DNA of 63,332 nucleotides, counting the filler, from Octopus bimaculoides (Eukaryota), in NCBI RefSeq assembly GCF_001194135.2. It is 6 parts of 5 records of this genome, joined end to end, with 100 filler letters (N's around TTAATTAATTAA, not from the genome) between each part and the next. Parts side by side here need not be neighbours in the genome. Positions count along the whole stretch, not along the records: positions 37,379 to 45,272 come from NC_068991.1; positions 45,373 to 61,082 come from NC_068987.1; 4 more parts are not named here. One strand, given 5' to 3'. The notes below the pieces were generated by a model. It was not told where the DNA came from and searched no databases. It worked only from the letters and a program-made list of their open reading frames with translations. Numbering within the stretch: position 1 is the stretch's first letter; each line of letters begins with the position of its first letter. Both the position numbers and the translations under genes were made by a program. This document shows, piece by piece, positions 42,097 to 54,704 of the stretch.

Positions 42097-42327
42097 CTCT
42101 CGCGCTCCTCCAATCAAAAATCTCATAGTTGTAAACAGCCAATAAGACGGAGAATATGCTGCGATTAAGTTCAAGACTATCAGCAAAATGTTACTAGAGA
42201 CTCTCATTGGCTTACGTCCGAATTTTTCAATCAAGCATGGTGCTAACAGACCACTGACCATTTGACCAAAAACGTAAAACGTCTGAGTTGATTCAGCCAA
42301 CCCTACATTATCGCAGATCAGGTCCCA
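42097..42327 (-). CDS. SLC22-like MFS transporter exon 2
   Basis: tttacAG acceptor and GTAATG donor. 231 nt, WDLICDNVGLAESTQTFYVFGQMVSGLLAPCLIEKFGRKPMRVSSNILLIVLNLIAAYSPSYWLFTTMRFLIGGARE, with the WDLxC and (D/E)xFGRK motifs. Confidence 0.9.
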
Positions 42328-42708
42328 CTGTAAAAATAAACATATTTTATAAACAAAGGTAAAATTACTTGATGAATGTGTTGAGTTGAAATTTTGTCTG
42401 TATGTCGTTGATGTTGTTGTTCTTCAGCTATTCACCCACGATAATCCGGTTTTTTTTCTATTTGAGTCGTATTGTATCTAGGAGTTGATTATTCTATATG
42501 TTATTGTTTTTTCTTAAACTTAGTGGGTTATACTTTAGATGAAAATGGTTGTTATGTCTTGCAAATCAAGTAACCTCATATATGTGCCTTACCTTGGTGT
42601 GTGTTTGTGTGTTTGTGTGCGTGTGTTCTTGTTTCAAATTACTTAATTACAGTGTAGAGAGAGGCTAAGTTTTGTCTCTACATTGTTGCGTTGTTGTTCT
42701 TGTTTCTT

Positions 42709-42939
42709 ATTTTTTTATTGCCCACAAAGGGCTAAACACAGAGGGGACAAACAAGGACAGACAAAAGGGATTAAGTCGATTACATCGACTCCAGTGCGTA
42801 ACTGGTACTTAATTTATCGACCCCGAAAGGATGGAAGGCAAAGTCGACCTCGGCGGAATTTGAACTCAGAACGTAACGGCAGGCGAAATACCGCTAAGCA
42901 TTTCGCCCGGCGTGCTAACGTTTCTACCAGCTAGCCGCC
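42709..42939 (-). mobile_element. Young tRNA-headed SINE (family also at about 7407-7632, 14180-14355, 32310-32510 and 41690-41890 on minus; about 6340-6560, 11350-11560 and 14440-14660 on plus)
   Basis: 12-bp TSD TTCTTGTTTCTT (42697-42708, 42940-42951), a head with GTTCAAATTCC B-box, and a central GCCTTCCATCCTTTCGGGGTCGATAAATTAAGTACCAG block shared by all copies. Nearly identical to 7407-7632. Confidence 0.88.
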
Positions 42940-44733
42940 TTCTTGTTTCTTTTATACTCAGCGTTTCAGCCATGTTCATCTTGTCTTTCCTTTTTATTCA
43001 TGTGTAGATATTGTGAATAAATTTCTGAAAGAGGCGTAACGTCAAAAAATATTTCTTGGAGAGGCAATTGTACCAAGTAAGTTCATGCTGTATCGTCTAA
43101 TGCCAGAGTAGGGCAAACCCTACCCAAATTCAAATTCGAAAGCCACCCACTGAAACCGTTTATAATATCCTATTTTTGCGTTAACACCAAAACCAGTAAT
43201 AAGATATTGGTTATATATATATATCTGTAGCAAAAGCATGACCGCTCTTGAACTTTAGCTACCCACATTGTGGCTTTTTACTTTTAGTTACCCATTTTAA
43301 TTCACTACGTGATGGTCAGGTTCATTCAGCTTTACTTGGACCGTCCACCCCTTAACATGAATGACTAGCCTAACGTCTGTACCTCAGTTATAAAATGGGA
43401 GCAATTTCCTCGTTATTTCCTTAGAGAAGTGAGTTCTTGCTACGCGCAGTTTTAGATCTTCGATGTGAGAACAGTTTGATTCCACTTTACAGCTTCAACA
43501 TTTTGAACAGAATTGTAACCAGAATCCTTGACGCTATGCTTCGCGTCTCTTACTAACAATTTAATCAGAGCTGTAACCAGAATTTTTGATGTTATGCTTC
43601 AGGTTTTTCTAACGTTTTATCTTCAATTTGATGATTATTTGAATCTATACAATGTATTGACAATTATTAATGTCCTACCAGTTTGGTGTATCTAATTTTA
43701 ATGATGGTAATAAATGCTTCGGTACGGTCAACTGCAACTTGTCTTTTAATTTGTTTATTGATATCTATCCTGACTTCAGTTAACAGAATACATGATTCTG
43801 TTAGACCTTAAATTGCATTTCATTCAACCACACATTTCCTATCGCTAAATATCTATGAAGTTGTATAATTAAGGATTCATTATATTTCTTTAACATGGAT
43901 ATACCCTCCACAGGTTCTCATATATCGCCAGTTAGTCTCTAGTATGAATAATGTCCACTACCCTGACACAAGCTGTATAAAGGTAAATACAAATAAACGG
44001 GAATATATAAAATTTCATAACGGTTGAGCAACGCTCGAAACATATTTGTATGGTTCCCAAGTAAACTGGCAGTCAAATGCGAAATCGACTTTAAATAAAT
44101 GTATGCTAGGAAAGAAGATAGTATATTGTCATTATATATAGATATACATTCTTATATCTATTCAGATTTAGATGACTACTTTAAACATCTTTACTTTTCT
44201 TTTACTATATCGAAATAATATTTCTGTCCCATTTTAGCGTAGAAAACTCAGTGAGGTTTGTTTGCAAACGGTAAATTTTCAGACAATGTGATATGTATTC
44301 TGGTTGTAAGGTTTAAGCTGATAACAATATCAGTAATGCAGCTCCGTTTACAGCAGGCCGCATAGTGTTTGTCTTCTATCAACAATGTGTTATATACTTT
44401 ATTATTTTTTATTGTATAACAGTCCAAATGTAAAACAGTCCAAACGCGAGGAAAATTCGATAACAAAAACTGGTATTATATAACACACTAAGCAGAATCA
44501 ATCTATGAAATTGAAATAACACAGGTCATATTTCTTCATAAATATATATTCATCAGCATACGTTAGAAGAGTACTAAATATTATGGTGTTTATCACTTTT
44601 CTTAAGGTTACATTTTAGAAAGTTACGATATCCAAGACTTATGTACAGACAATAGAGATGACAAATCTGTAACAAACAGAGATTAATTCTAAAATAATAA
44701 AACAGCCTAATATAGTAGCAGAACTTAACCTAC

Positions 44734-45062
44734 CTGTGACACTATAGACTTATCCACTGGTGTGGTATAGTAATAACCATTCAGACAGCCCAGTGTTCGG
44801 TTCTCGGTAGTAACTTCTCCATCAGTATTGATGATGTCTATGGAGCATTTATTATACACTAGACTCACTTCATTGATGGATATGTTGTATTGATTGAGCT
44901 GAAACTCTGTCAGATTATTACATTTGTATTCAGGAGTGATGGCTATAAAACAAAATAGAGGACCCGAGCTGTATGTAGTATATATAATCATAATAACACA
45001 CTCTTTATCCGATAAATTCCATAATTTCAACAAAAGATAAAGTTCCGTTATTCTTTTCACAT
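44734..45062 (-). pseudogene. First exon of SLC22/organic cation transporter-like gene, apparently disrupted
   Basis: Encodes CVIMIIYTTYSSGPLFCFIAITPEYKCNNLTEFQLNQYNIS...CLNGYYYTTPVDKSIVSQ then donor GTAGGT (phase 0), the typical SLC22 extracellular loop. The N-terminal motif NGTLSFVEIMEFIG-stop is in another frame, and the ATG at 45062 is followed directly by TGA. Confidence 0.7.
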
Positions 45063-45372
45063 CGAATTTTTAGAAGTAGCAGAAGATATAATTAAACGTT
45101 ACATATAAACATTTGTACATGCACCCACAAATACACACCAAATATATGTATGAATGCATATATGTATATATACATACACATATACATACATATTCATATA
45201 TATGCACTTATATATATATATGTATGTATATATATATATGAATACACACACACATATATATATATATATATANNNNNNNNNNNNNNNNNNNNNNNNNNNN
45301 NNNNNNNNNNNNNNNNTTAATTAATTAANNNNNNNNNNNNNNNNNNNNNNNNNNNNNNNNNNNNNNNNNNNN

Positions 45373-45428
<56 letters not shown>

Positions 45429-46080
45429 CGCGCGTGTGTGCGTGTGTGTGTGTGACACTGAAATAAGTTAAAGAACAAAAAATAGACATATATTTATATA
45501 TGTATGCAAGATAATGTTATGAACATCTATCTTTTAGTAAAAACAGATTCTGGGTCTTTTTGCTGAAAGTAGGTTTTCTGGTTAACCACATTATTTTAAG
45601 AAACTGTTCCCAGAGAAAGGGCATCGATCCGAATAGTTTAAGTAGTTATTTATACCACATCAATGATCGGATACGTTAGGCTAAATAGAAGAGTACGATA
45701 AACTTATAATCGCGTGTTTTATGTAATATTTTTATTGACACCGTTAAAACAAGATAACATTGATTTTTCTGGCTAGTTTCTGTTATTTTATAAGAGACGA
45801 ATTCAGTTCTATTAGGGTTTGTGAATTCTATAAATGGAAACAAATTTCTAATGTCTCTGTGGACAGAAATGAGCAACCGAGCTCTCGTGAGATTTTAATA
45901 AATGCAGAAACTAACCAGATCGATTTCTGTTTCTGTTTCCAGTAAAAGAAAAACGTGGTTTAAGCCACAGTTTAACCTACATTTCTATCCAAGAAGACAG
46001 AAATGTACGTCTATTACAAATATATACTATTCAGTTTACCTAATATTTCTACTTAGCTTAACGTTGTGTAGTGTTTACAT

Positions 46081-46112
<32 letters not shown>

Positions 46113-46229
46113 CACACATTATATACATACACACACACATACCATTTTTTTATATTTTCACTGATGATTTTGGCGACGTGTATTTCCATGTTATATCAGT
46201 AATTTGACACTTGTCCAATCGTTGTTCAA

Positions 46230-47350
46230 TTGTTTATTCTTTATTTTCTTATATAACATAAACATTAACTGTTTATTATTTACAGCTTCGATAATACGTG
46301 GTGAAAAAATTACAGTTAGGGCCATTTTCATGTTACCTGTGGAAAAAATAAGACTGAGTGCGGGAACAGCAGCAAATGAAATTAATGATGTGGAAGGTCT
46401 AGGAACTGTCAACGAACGTCAGGGACAAAACTGGTTGAGAGGTTTCAAGGAAGGTGACACTAACCTCGAAGATAAACTGAGACCAGGGAGACCAGTGGTG
46501 GAAGATGAGGCATTGCTTGAAATGGTTGAGCAACAGCAAAGCACAAGCACTCATATATTGTCAGCAGAAGTTGGACCTTCAACAAAGCACCATCAATCAA
46601 CACTTTCATAAGCTCGGCCTTGTGAACAGAGACAGCTGAGAAACTCCTCATGAAATGACCAATGACCAACTCAAAAACGTGTGAGCTTTTGCCAACAACT
46701 ACTGGCAATTCCTCGAGATACTCGCTTTGGGCGTCGAATTGTAACTGAGGATGAAAAATGAATCTATTTTTATAATCCTAATAAGAGAAGTCAATAGCTT
46801 CATTCCGGCCAGGCTTCAAAACCTGTTGTCAAAGAAGGGTGGTTTGAACAGGTGATGTTGCGTGTGTGGTAGGATTTCGAATGGGAGTTGCACTTTGAGC
46901 TTATCCCAGGTGGTCATGCTATGAATGCTAACCTTTATGCTCAACAACTGCAGTGAGTATATAATGCTTTGAAATCCCTCTACCTGGCCTTGGCCAATCG
47001 AAGATGCGCACTCCTACAGAATGACAATGCCCCAGTACACAATGCTAATCTGGCCAAGCGCAAACTTGAGGAACTTGAGGGGCTAGAAGTACTGCCTCAC
47101 CCTACCTACAGTCTAGACCTTGCACCATCAGGTTAACACCTTTTCCGAGCCATGACTGTTTCCTACAAGGACAGGTGTTCAACAATGTTTACGAAGTTGA
47201 AGAAAGATACAGGGAATTTTTTGCCTCTAAACTAGCTTCTGTTACAACGATGGCAACAGACAATAGAATATGTTTCGATATATTTTAATGAATAAACGCT
47301 TTTTGCATATAATTTATTTGAGTTATTAATTAAAGCTTAAAATACGAAAA
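46230..47350 (+). mobile_element. Degenerate mariner (DD34D) transposon
   Basis: HTH region AANEINDVEGLGTVNERQGQNWLRGFKEGDTNLEDKLRPGRP, then remnants RIVTEDEK-stop-IYFYNP, LLQNDNAPVH and HPTYSLDLAPSG-stop-HLF (YSPDLAPSD motif). Confidence 0.9.
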
Positions 47351-47378
47351 AAAAATTCATTTAACTATGTACATATAC

Positions 47379-47450
<72 letters not shown>

Positions 47451-48716
47451 TACATACATACATACATACATACATACATACATACATACATACATGATGG
47501 CTGCAAACTTGTATTACCATCGACTGATCGAACATCCCACACATGCGAAGGCTACAATCAAGCATTTTTATGATAGGTCTTACTTTTTTTCAAACGATGC
47601 TTGTGCATGATGATTTTTTATAGTTGGGAAAGGATTTGCACGAATCCAACTTCACTCTCTGAATACGGACAGCATAAACTCGAAAAGAACTAGTTTACAT
47701 CATCGAATATTGTCAGTGTCGCAGGTTTTCTCTCAAGATTTCCCATCCCTAGAGACATGTTGTGACAACAGCGGTGCTTCCCACTCTCAGTGGGCCAGCC
47801 GCGCGCCTGGACACCGATCCAGATATTTCCACATCCCCGCGCATACATACACATGTACACACATTGTTGGATGGTCCTTGACTGCTCATCAGCTCTTCCA
47901 CCCTTTGACAGATCTTATTTTTCGTCCTGCAGGGTGTCCAACAATCATCCTCCTCATCAAGCAATCTTGATGGGGTTACCGGTTTAGTCACCGACGACCC
48001 GACCATGCAACAGGTTGTACATACATACATACATGCATACATACATACACACACACATACATATATGTATATATAAACTCATCAGACACAGAAGTGCCAT
48101 CAGCCGGGCTTGCCCGAGATGCTCGTAGAACGACGAAACTGTTCTACGCACTCTCGTCCAGTCCCTGAGTATTGCTGACTTGTGGGTTTATGTCGAACAC
48201 CTACTATCACGTTTTGGACGAATTCGGTTATGGGCTGAATACATTGTGAAGAACGACCTGGATGGGTAGGCAGTGTTTGTTTGTCTAGTGGACTTAGAGA
48301 AAGAGGTTGTGTGGCAGATACCTTCCTCTTTGGCCAAGCCTTCATCACTTTTTTTCAAGTTTCATTTGAAAAGGCGAGTGAAGGTAGAGAGGGAAGTGCT
48401 GGTTCCCAGAAATTTTGTTAAAAGGTGGGTGAAGGCTGTAAGAATGGTCCGAGTGAACGAGCATACTCTAAGCATGCGCCTATAGACGATGGGAAGACGT
48501 CACTTGGCCTAGTGGTCAGGGCCTGCGTGATTTTTTATGGGGCTTCCACGAACAGCCCTAGGAAATCTCCCTCTTTTGGAGGTAATTTTTTCGTTGTTGA
48601 AAATTATTTTGTTATCGTTTTCCGTTTACAGGCTTCATTTTATGTAATGTCACAGTGTATTGTCTTGTACCGTCCCAAGCGATTATTTGTGGACCCTTAG
48701 TGATTTATAAAGAAAA

Positions 48717-48785
<69 letters not shown>

Positions 48786-48789
48786 TATT

Positions 48790-51240
48790 ACTATTATTAT
48801 TATTATTGCCTTTGCACATCTTCTAACACTGGAGATGTACTACGGTGTCAGCTGTTCACTACCAGTGACCTAAGGTAACACCTCTTATTTTTCGAGCACC
48901 ATCCGGAGTATTCGAGCAGTTCCAAGCAGTGCTGTTTTCTGTAAGTGCTCCACCCTTATTGCAGCCGCTATTTGTTCCACATACTTCTCGAGATTTTTGC
49001 TCAGTGTTCCCAGAGCTCCGACAATTATTGGTACTACTGCTACCTTTTTCATCGACCACAACTGCTTAACTTCCCAAGCTAACCTGTCATATCTCTCGAA
49101 TTTTCTTTCTTCCTTATCGCATACTTTGTTCTCTTCTGGGCATGCTATATCTATGATCCAGCATAGTTTGTTTTCTTTCTCAATTAAGACTATGTCTGGC
49201 TTCCTATTCTCTATCTCATGGTCGCACTGAATCATAAAATCCCATAGGATCTTTGCATTTTTATTTTCGACGATGCCTTCAGGTTTGTGGTTGTACCAAT
49301 CTTTTGCTCTGTCAAGTCCATACTTGTTGCAAAGTGTCCAGTGGATAGGCCTGGCAATATTGTCGTGGTGTCTCTTATATTCCTTCTGGGCTAGTGGCGT
49401 ATATTGGGTGGTAATATACCATATGGTTTCACTGTTTTGTCCACAGATTCTGCATGTATCACTTTCTTCTGTGTTGTCTATTCTGTATTTTATGTAGTTT
49501 GTTCTTAGTGCTTGCTCTTAGGCAGCACAGATTAGAGCCTCTGTTTCCGGTTTTAAATCACTTTTAGTCATTCACAGCGATCTTTTTTCTCTGTCTGTCT
49601 TATCTTCAACATCCCTATGATATTGACTATGCATTCTTTTCTTTACCCACCTATCTTCAGTTTCATTCTTTTTTAATTGCTAGTACAGTGCTTTATCTTT
49701 GCAATCTTTCATCCTCCACAAGCCCGACTTTCTTACTTCTAATAAAAGTGGTCCTGTGGCATCTTTTACATACCATGCTATGTTGTTTTCTTCTGCTTTA
49801 ATGCTGTGTTCACATCCAGTAAGTCCTCTTCCCCCTCTTTTTCTTGGTACATACTTTTTAGGTGGAGTGACTCATATCTAGTTGGCAATTTCCTTGTCTT
49901 TCTGTCTAAGCTGTTTAGTTCATCTACTGTCCATGCGATTACCCCCTGCTCCATATCTAAGGAGTGAAACCGCCCAGGTGTTGATAGCTTCGATCTTATT
50001 CCGTCCGTTTAATTTCAACTTAAGTATCAGTATCAGTCTCAGTCTGTGCAAGTATTCCACCTTAAATATTTCTATCATTTCTTTCTCCATCAATTTATCC
50101 ATTTCCAAAATCCCCAAGTACTTATAGTCCTACTCTTTTATCTGCTTCATAACCTCCTCCGATAGTATCGATAGCCCGTCCATATATTTGATTTTGCCTC
50201 GCTTCAAAACTAAAACACCACTTTCTCAATCCGAACTCCATTCTGATATCAGCACTGAAGGTATACACCATATCAACGAGGGAACTGACTTGGGCTTCAT
50301 CTTTACCATGAAGTTTGAGGTCATCCATAGATAACAAATGGTTGACTTTCTGTTGGCGGCTTTTAAATACATACCCAGCTTTTGCGTTCCTCAGAATCAG
50401 TGTTAGTGGTATCAAGCACAGTACAAAGATGAGTGGGGAAAGGCAGTCCCCTTGGAAGGTGCCCCTCCTGATTTCTACTGTCCCTAAACTTCTTCCGTAT
50501 GGTGTCAGCTCCGTCCTCCAATTAGCCATACTTTTTTCAAGCAATCGCTCAACACTCGATGCAATACCAAATAGGTTCATACATTCCATTATCCAAGAGT
50601 GTGGGATCATATCGTACCTTTACGATAGTCGATCCATGAGATGGCTAAGTTACTTTTCCTCCTTTTGCAGTCTCTGAGTACAGTTTTGTCTATCAGGAGT
50701 TGATCCTTGATACCTCTGCACTTACGCTTGCAACCCTTCTGCTCGTGTGGAAGAACTCCATTTTTTCAGATGTTCGTACTTTGACTCTGCGAGTATTCCA
50801 GTCAATAACTTCCACATAAGTGGCAAACAGGATATCGGTCTGTAATTGTCTACCGTATTGCCTTTTTCGATGTTTTTCAAGCATAGCATTGTCCTACCCA
50901 ACGTCAACCACTCTGGTGTCATTTAGTCGGCATCTAACAAGATGTTGAGTTGTGCAGCTATTCGTGCATGACATTCCCCAAATCTTTTGATCCAGTAGCC
51001 TTGAACTCCAGCTGGTTCCGGGGTCATCCAGTAGCTCATTTTTTGTTTGCTGATTTCCTTCACTTCCCTAACTGAAATGACTAGTTCTGCCTGTTTTGGA
51101 CACACTACTGTTTGTTTCGGTTCTTGTAACCATTCAGCATCCTTCATGTGCTCCTTGTCTTTGCTCCAGATATCACTCCAAAACATTTGACTTTCAATGT
51201 TACATGATGTCAACTTTTCATCTGTACACTCTCCATTTAT
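48790..51240 (-). mobile_element. 5'-truncated R4/Dong-clade non-LTR retrotransposon (RT plus restriction-like endonuclease), frameshifted
   Basis: Pieces [68 protein letters not shown] and RLE RKPDIVLIEKENKLCWIIDIACP...LQKTALLGTARILRMVLEK. Short 3' UTR followed by (TAA)n/(TGA)n at 48717-48808. Confidence 0.92.
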
Positions 51241-51242
51241 TT

Positions 51243-51303
51243 AATAATGTAGACTTGTTACTACCTGCGGCATTTTGAAAAAAGTATGGTTTTGTGTGGA
51301 ACA

Positions 51304-51347
<44 letters not shown>

Positions 51348-51601
51348 GTCCGTTCGAAGGATTTATAAGTCAGGTCGCTATATGTAGTAGCGCTACCAAT
51401 AATAATGCAGACTTGGTACTACCTGCAGCATTTTGAAAAAATAAAACTATGGCTCTATGGAGAACAAAAAATAATAGCAATAATAAACCCACTTTAAAGA
51501 TTTATAAGTCAGCTCGCTATATGTAGTAGTGCTACCAGTAATAATGTAGACTTGTTACTATCTGCGGCATTTTGAAATAATCTATGGTTCTGTGTGGAAC
51601 A

Positions 51602-51645
<44 letters not shown>

Positions 51646-51860
51646 TAATAATAATAATAACAATGATTATAAGTCCGTTCGAAGGATTTATAAGTCAGGT
51701 CACTATATGTAGTAGCGCCACCAGTAATAATGTAGAAAAAAGAATATTTTAGAAAAAGAATAATTTAGAAAAAGAACACTATGCTTCTGTGTGAAACAAA
51801 CAAAAAAATTAAGAATAACAATAAGTCCGTGCGAAGGATTTAGTAACTCTGTGTGGAAGA
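51243..51860. repeat. Tandem array of about 4 units (140-190 bp), each containing a variable (AAT)n tract
   Basis: Unit TAATGTAGACTTGTTACTACCTGCGGCATTTTGAAA..GTGTGGAACAA(ATA)n..AAGTCCGTTCGAAGGATTTATAAGTCAGGTCGCTATATGTAGTAGCGCTACCA starts at about 51244, 51403, 51542 and 51728 (last degenerate). Confidence 0.88.
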
Positions 51861-52667
51861 AAAATAATTCTGGTCAGAAGAAAAAAATGAAAAAGAATTA
51901 ACGATACATTTACAGCGAGTCATACCAGAAGATTTCTAACGTAAGCAGATATCATGTGTTGAAATTGAAAACGAACCAGTTGTTAAGAAAGTTAAGATGG
52001 ACAAAGAAAACGCAAACCATTTTGTGATTGAGGATACTAAACAAGTCCTCCTTGAAAAGATTCCAGATGAATTATCGATAGAGGTGACTAGTGAAGAACA
52101 CGTTGTAGAAAATTCTGAAATTAGAGAATCTGAGCCATCTGTTACAGGAAAAAGTCCTTCTACCGAAAATGCTTCCTTGAGGATTTGTTCTAATGCAAAC
52201 ACTTTAAACGATAATGAAAGTTTACAGGTAACCGATCCAGTTTCTGTCGAGCAAAGTGTAACGAAAGGAAAAGTTGTTGAAATGAAAAAAATTGTAATAA
52301 TGCTTTGTGAAGAAATGATATATATTAGAAAAAACAAATTCTATTGAAAAAAAAAAAGATTGTTGAAATATATAGTTGAAAAACTAATAATTCTGCGCGT
52401 GGAAGAAAAAGAAAAAAATAATGAAAAAACGTTGTGTTGAAAAAAAAACGTCAAAGAAGCGAGGTATTGTGGCGGACGCCCCCAGGTGAGAAGTGGGCTG
52501 ATTCACTATTAATAAATAGTGAACTGACACAGTCACTAATGTCAGTCAGCGAGGTACGCGAGTTTGTGTTGTGATTTTGATTTGAAGAAAGCGTTGCGGT
52601 GAGTCGGAATTTTTTGTTGTTGTTAAAGAATATTGTTGAAGAACATTGTAAATTGTTGTAATACCCA

Positions 52668-53455
52668 GTGCTGGGTATTAATACAGCAAGTTACTCTGCG
52701 GCTGAAGGCAAAAGCCTGTCTGCCAACGCTATGGAAATGACGGAAATTAAAATGGACATGAAGAGAATTTTAAACTACAAAAAATTAATTGTGAAAGGAG
52801 ATTGCCTTAGGGTGACACCCCCAAAAGAGGACACGCAGCGCGCAGAGAAAAAAATTATAGTGTACAGAACACTAAATGTGGAAAGAAGGATAATTGAAAT
52901 AGCAGCGACGGAAGATATAGAGGAGTGTCTTAGCCAAGTGAAGGATATGACAACCTTCTATTCTAGAGGAAGGAAATTTGGCACAGTAGAGGTGCGTTTC
53001 AGAAATAAGGAAGATGCGAAAAGGTACTCCACGGTGGCCTTAAGAACTGCAAAGTGGGCACTCTTGCCAACTTACTGCGGGAAACGTGCCGCGAGAGTAA
53101 GAATAGGCACAGTGCCCCCAGAAATCAACGAGGAATGCCTGGTGGCAGCCATCATTTTCAATTGTAAGAAGGAGGTGGAAGTTGTGAAGGTGGAGAGGTC
53201 GAAAGAGATTAACTGGTGGGGATTTGGATTTGAAGTCCTAATCCAAGTATATCTACCGGATCTGCATAACATCGCGGAGGAGTTGGTGCTCCCCGACGAA
53301 ATACGACTAAGAGTTGTGGTGGAGGGGAGACCCCAATATGTTACCAATGCAAAAATAGGGGACACATGCAGGCAAGGTGTCCCCAAAGAGAAGTACTCAT
53401 AGAAGAGACAGAAAGAAGCAGTGAGGCAGAGGTGGAGGAGGTGGAAAAAAGGATT
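52668..53455 (+). mobile_element. ORF1 (gag-like) of an L1/Tx1-type retrotransposon with CCHC zinc knuckle after a 1-nt frameshift
   Basis: ASYSAA near the start, an RRM-like GRKFGTVEVRFRNKEDAK segment, RVRIGTVPPEI, and LRVVVEGRP. In the shifted frame, CYQCKNRGHMQARC (53339-53380) is CX2CX4HX4C, followed by an acidic tail. No ORF2 is seen. Confidence 0.72.
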
Positions 53456-53692
53456 ATCCTCTCAGCACATGGCTATGATGCTTCCTCACTACTTCTGCTC
53501 GTGATCAGAGATGCACATATCCTCAGCCACTAAGTGGCATGCTCAACTGGTTAAGGTCAAACAACTGACAAGCAAATATGTGGTATTGAGCAGAATATTT
53601 ACTGCAACCCATCTTTTATACCAAGACAAAACAATGTACATGATAACAGTTCCAATCAGTTCACATCAAAAGCCATGAGAGCCACTGCATCA

Positions 53693-53744
<52 letters not shown>

Positions 53745-53771
53745 CAGTACATATTGTAAAGCTGAGTTTGC

Positions 53772-53803
<32 letters not shown>

Positions 53804-54581
53804 NNNNNNNNNNNNNNNNNNNNNNNNNNNNNNNNNNNNNNNNNNNNNNNNNNNNNNNNNNNNNNNNNNNNNNNNNNNNNNNNNNNNNNNNNNNNNNNNN
53901 NNNNNNNNNNNNNNNNNNNNNNNNNNNNNNNNNNNNNNNNNNNNNNNNNNNNNNNNNNNNNNNNNNNNNNNNNNNNNNNNNNNNNNNNNNNNNNNNNNNN
54001 NNNNNNNNNNNNNNNNNNNNNNNNNNNNNNNNNNNNNNNNNNNNNNNNNNNNNNNNNNNNNNNNNNNNNNNNNNNNNNNNNNNNNNNNNNNNNNNNNNNN
54101 NNNNNNNNNNNNNNNNNNNNNNNNNNNNNNNNNNNNNNNNNNNNNNNNNNNNNNNNNNNNNNNNNNNNNNNNNNNNNNNNNNNNNNNNNNNNNNNNNNNN
54201 NNNNNNNNNNNNNNNNNNNNNNNNNNNNNNNNNNNNNNNNNNNNNNNNNNNNNNNNNNNNNNNNNNNNNNNNNNNNNNNNNNNNNNNNNNNNNNNNNNNN
54301 NNNNNNNNNNNNNNNNNNNNNNNNNNNNNNNNNNNNNNNNNNNNNNNNNNNNNNNNNNNNNNNNNNNNNNNNNNNNNNNNNNNNNNNNNNNNNNNNNNNN
54401 NNNNNNNNNNNNNNNNNNNNNNNNNNNNNNNNNNNNNNNNNNNNNNNNNNNNNNNNNNNNNNNNNNNNNNNNNNNNNNNNNNNNNNNNNNNNNNNNNNNN
54501 NNNNNNNNNNNNNNNNNNNNNNNNNNNNNNNNNNNNNNNNNNNNNNNNNNNNNNNNNNNNNNNNNNNNNNNNNNNNNNNNN

Positions 54582-54614
<33 letters not shown>

Positions 54615-54656
54615 CACTATAATGTGCATGCATGAAAGAAAGAGAGAATTGTGTGT

Positions 54657-54704
<48 letters not shown>

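Noticed and set aside
47870-47930. Minus-strand GGACGAAA...CTGATGA resembling a type II hammerhead
   Set aside because: The stem II strands do not pair adjacent to the core and no valid stem III/NUH could be drawn.
51243-51860. Repeat-spacer-like periodicity reminiscent of CRISPR
   Set aside because: Eukaryotic context; the intervening parts are homologous or (AAT)n rather than unique spacers, and there are no cas genes.
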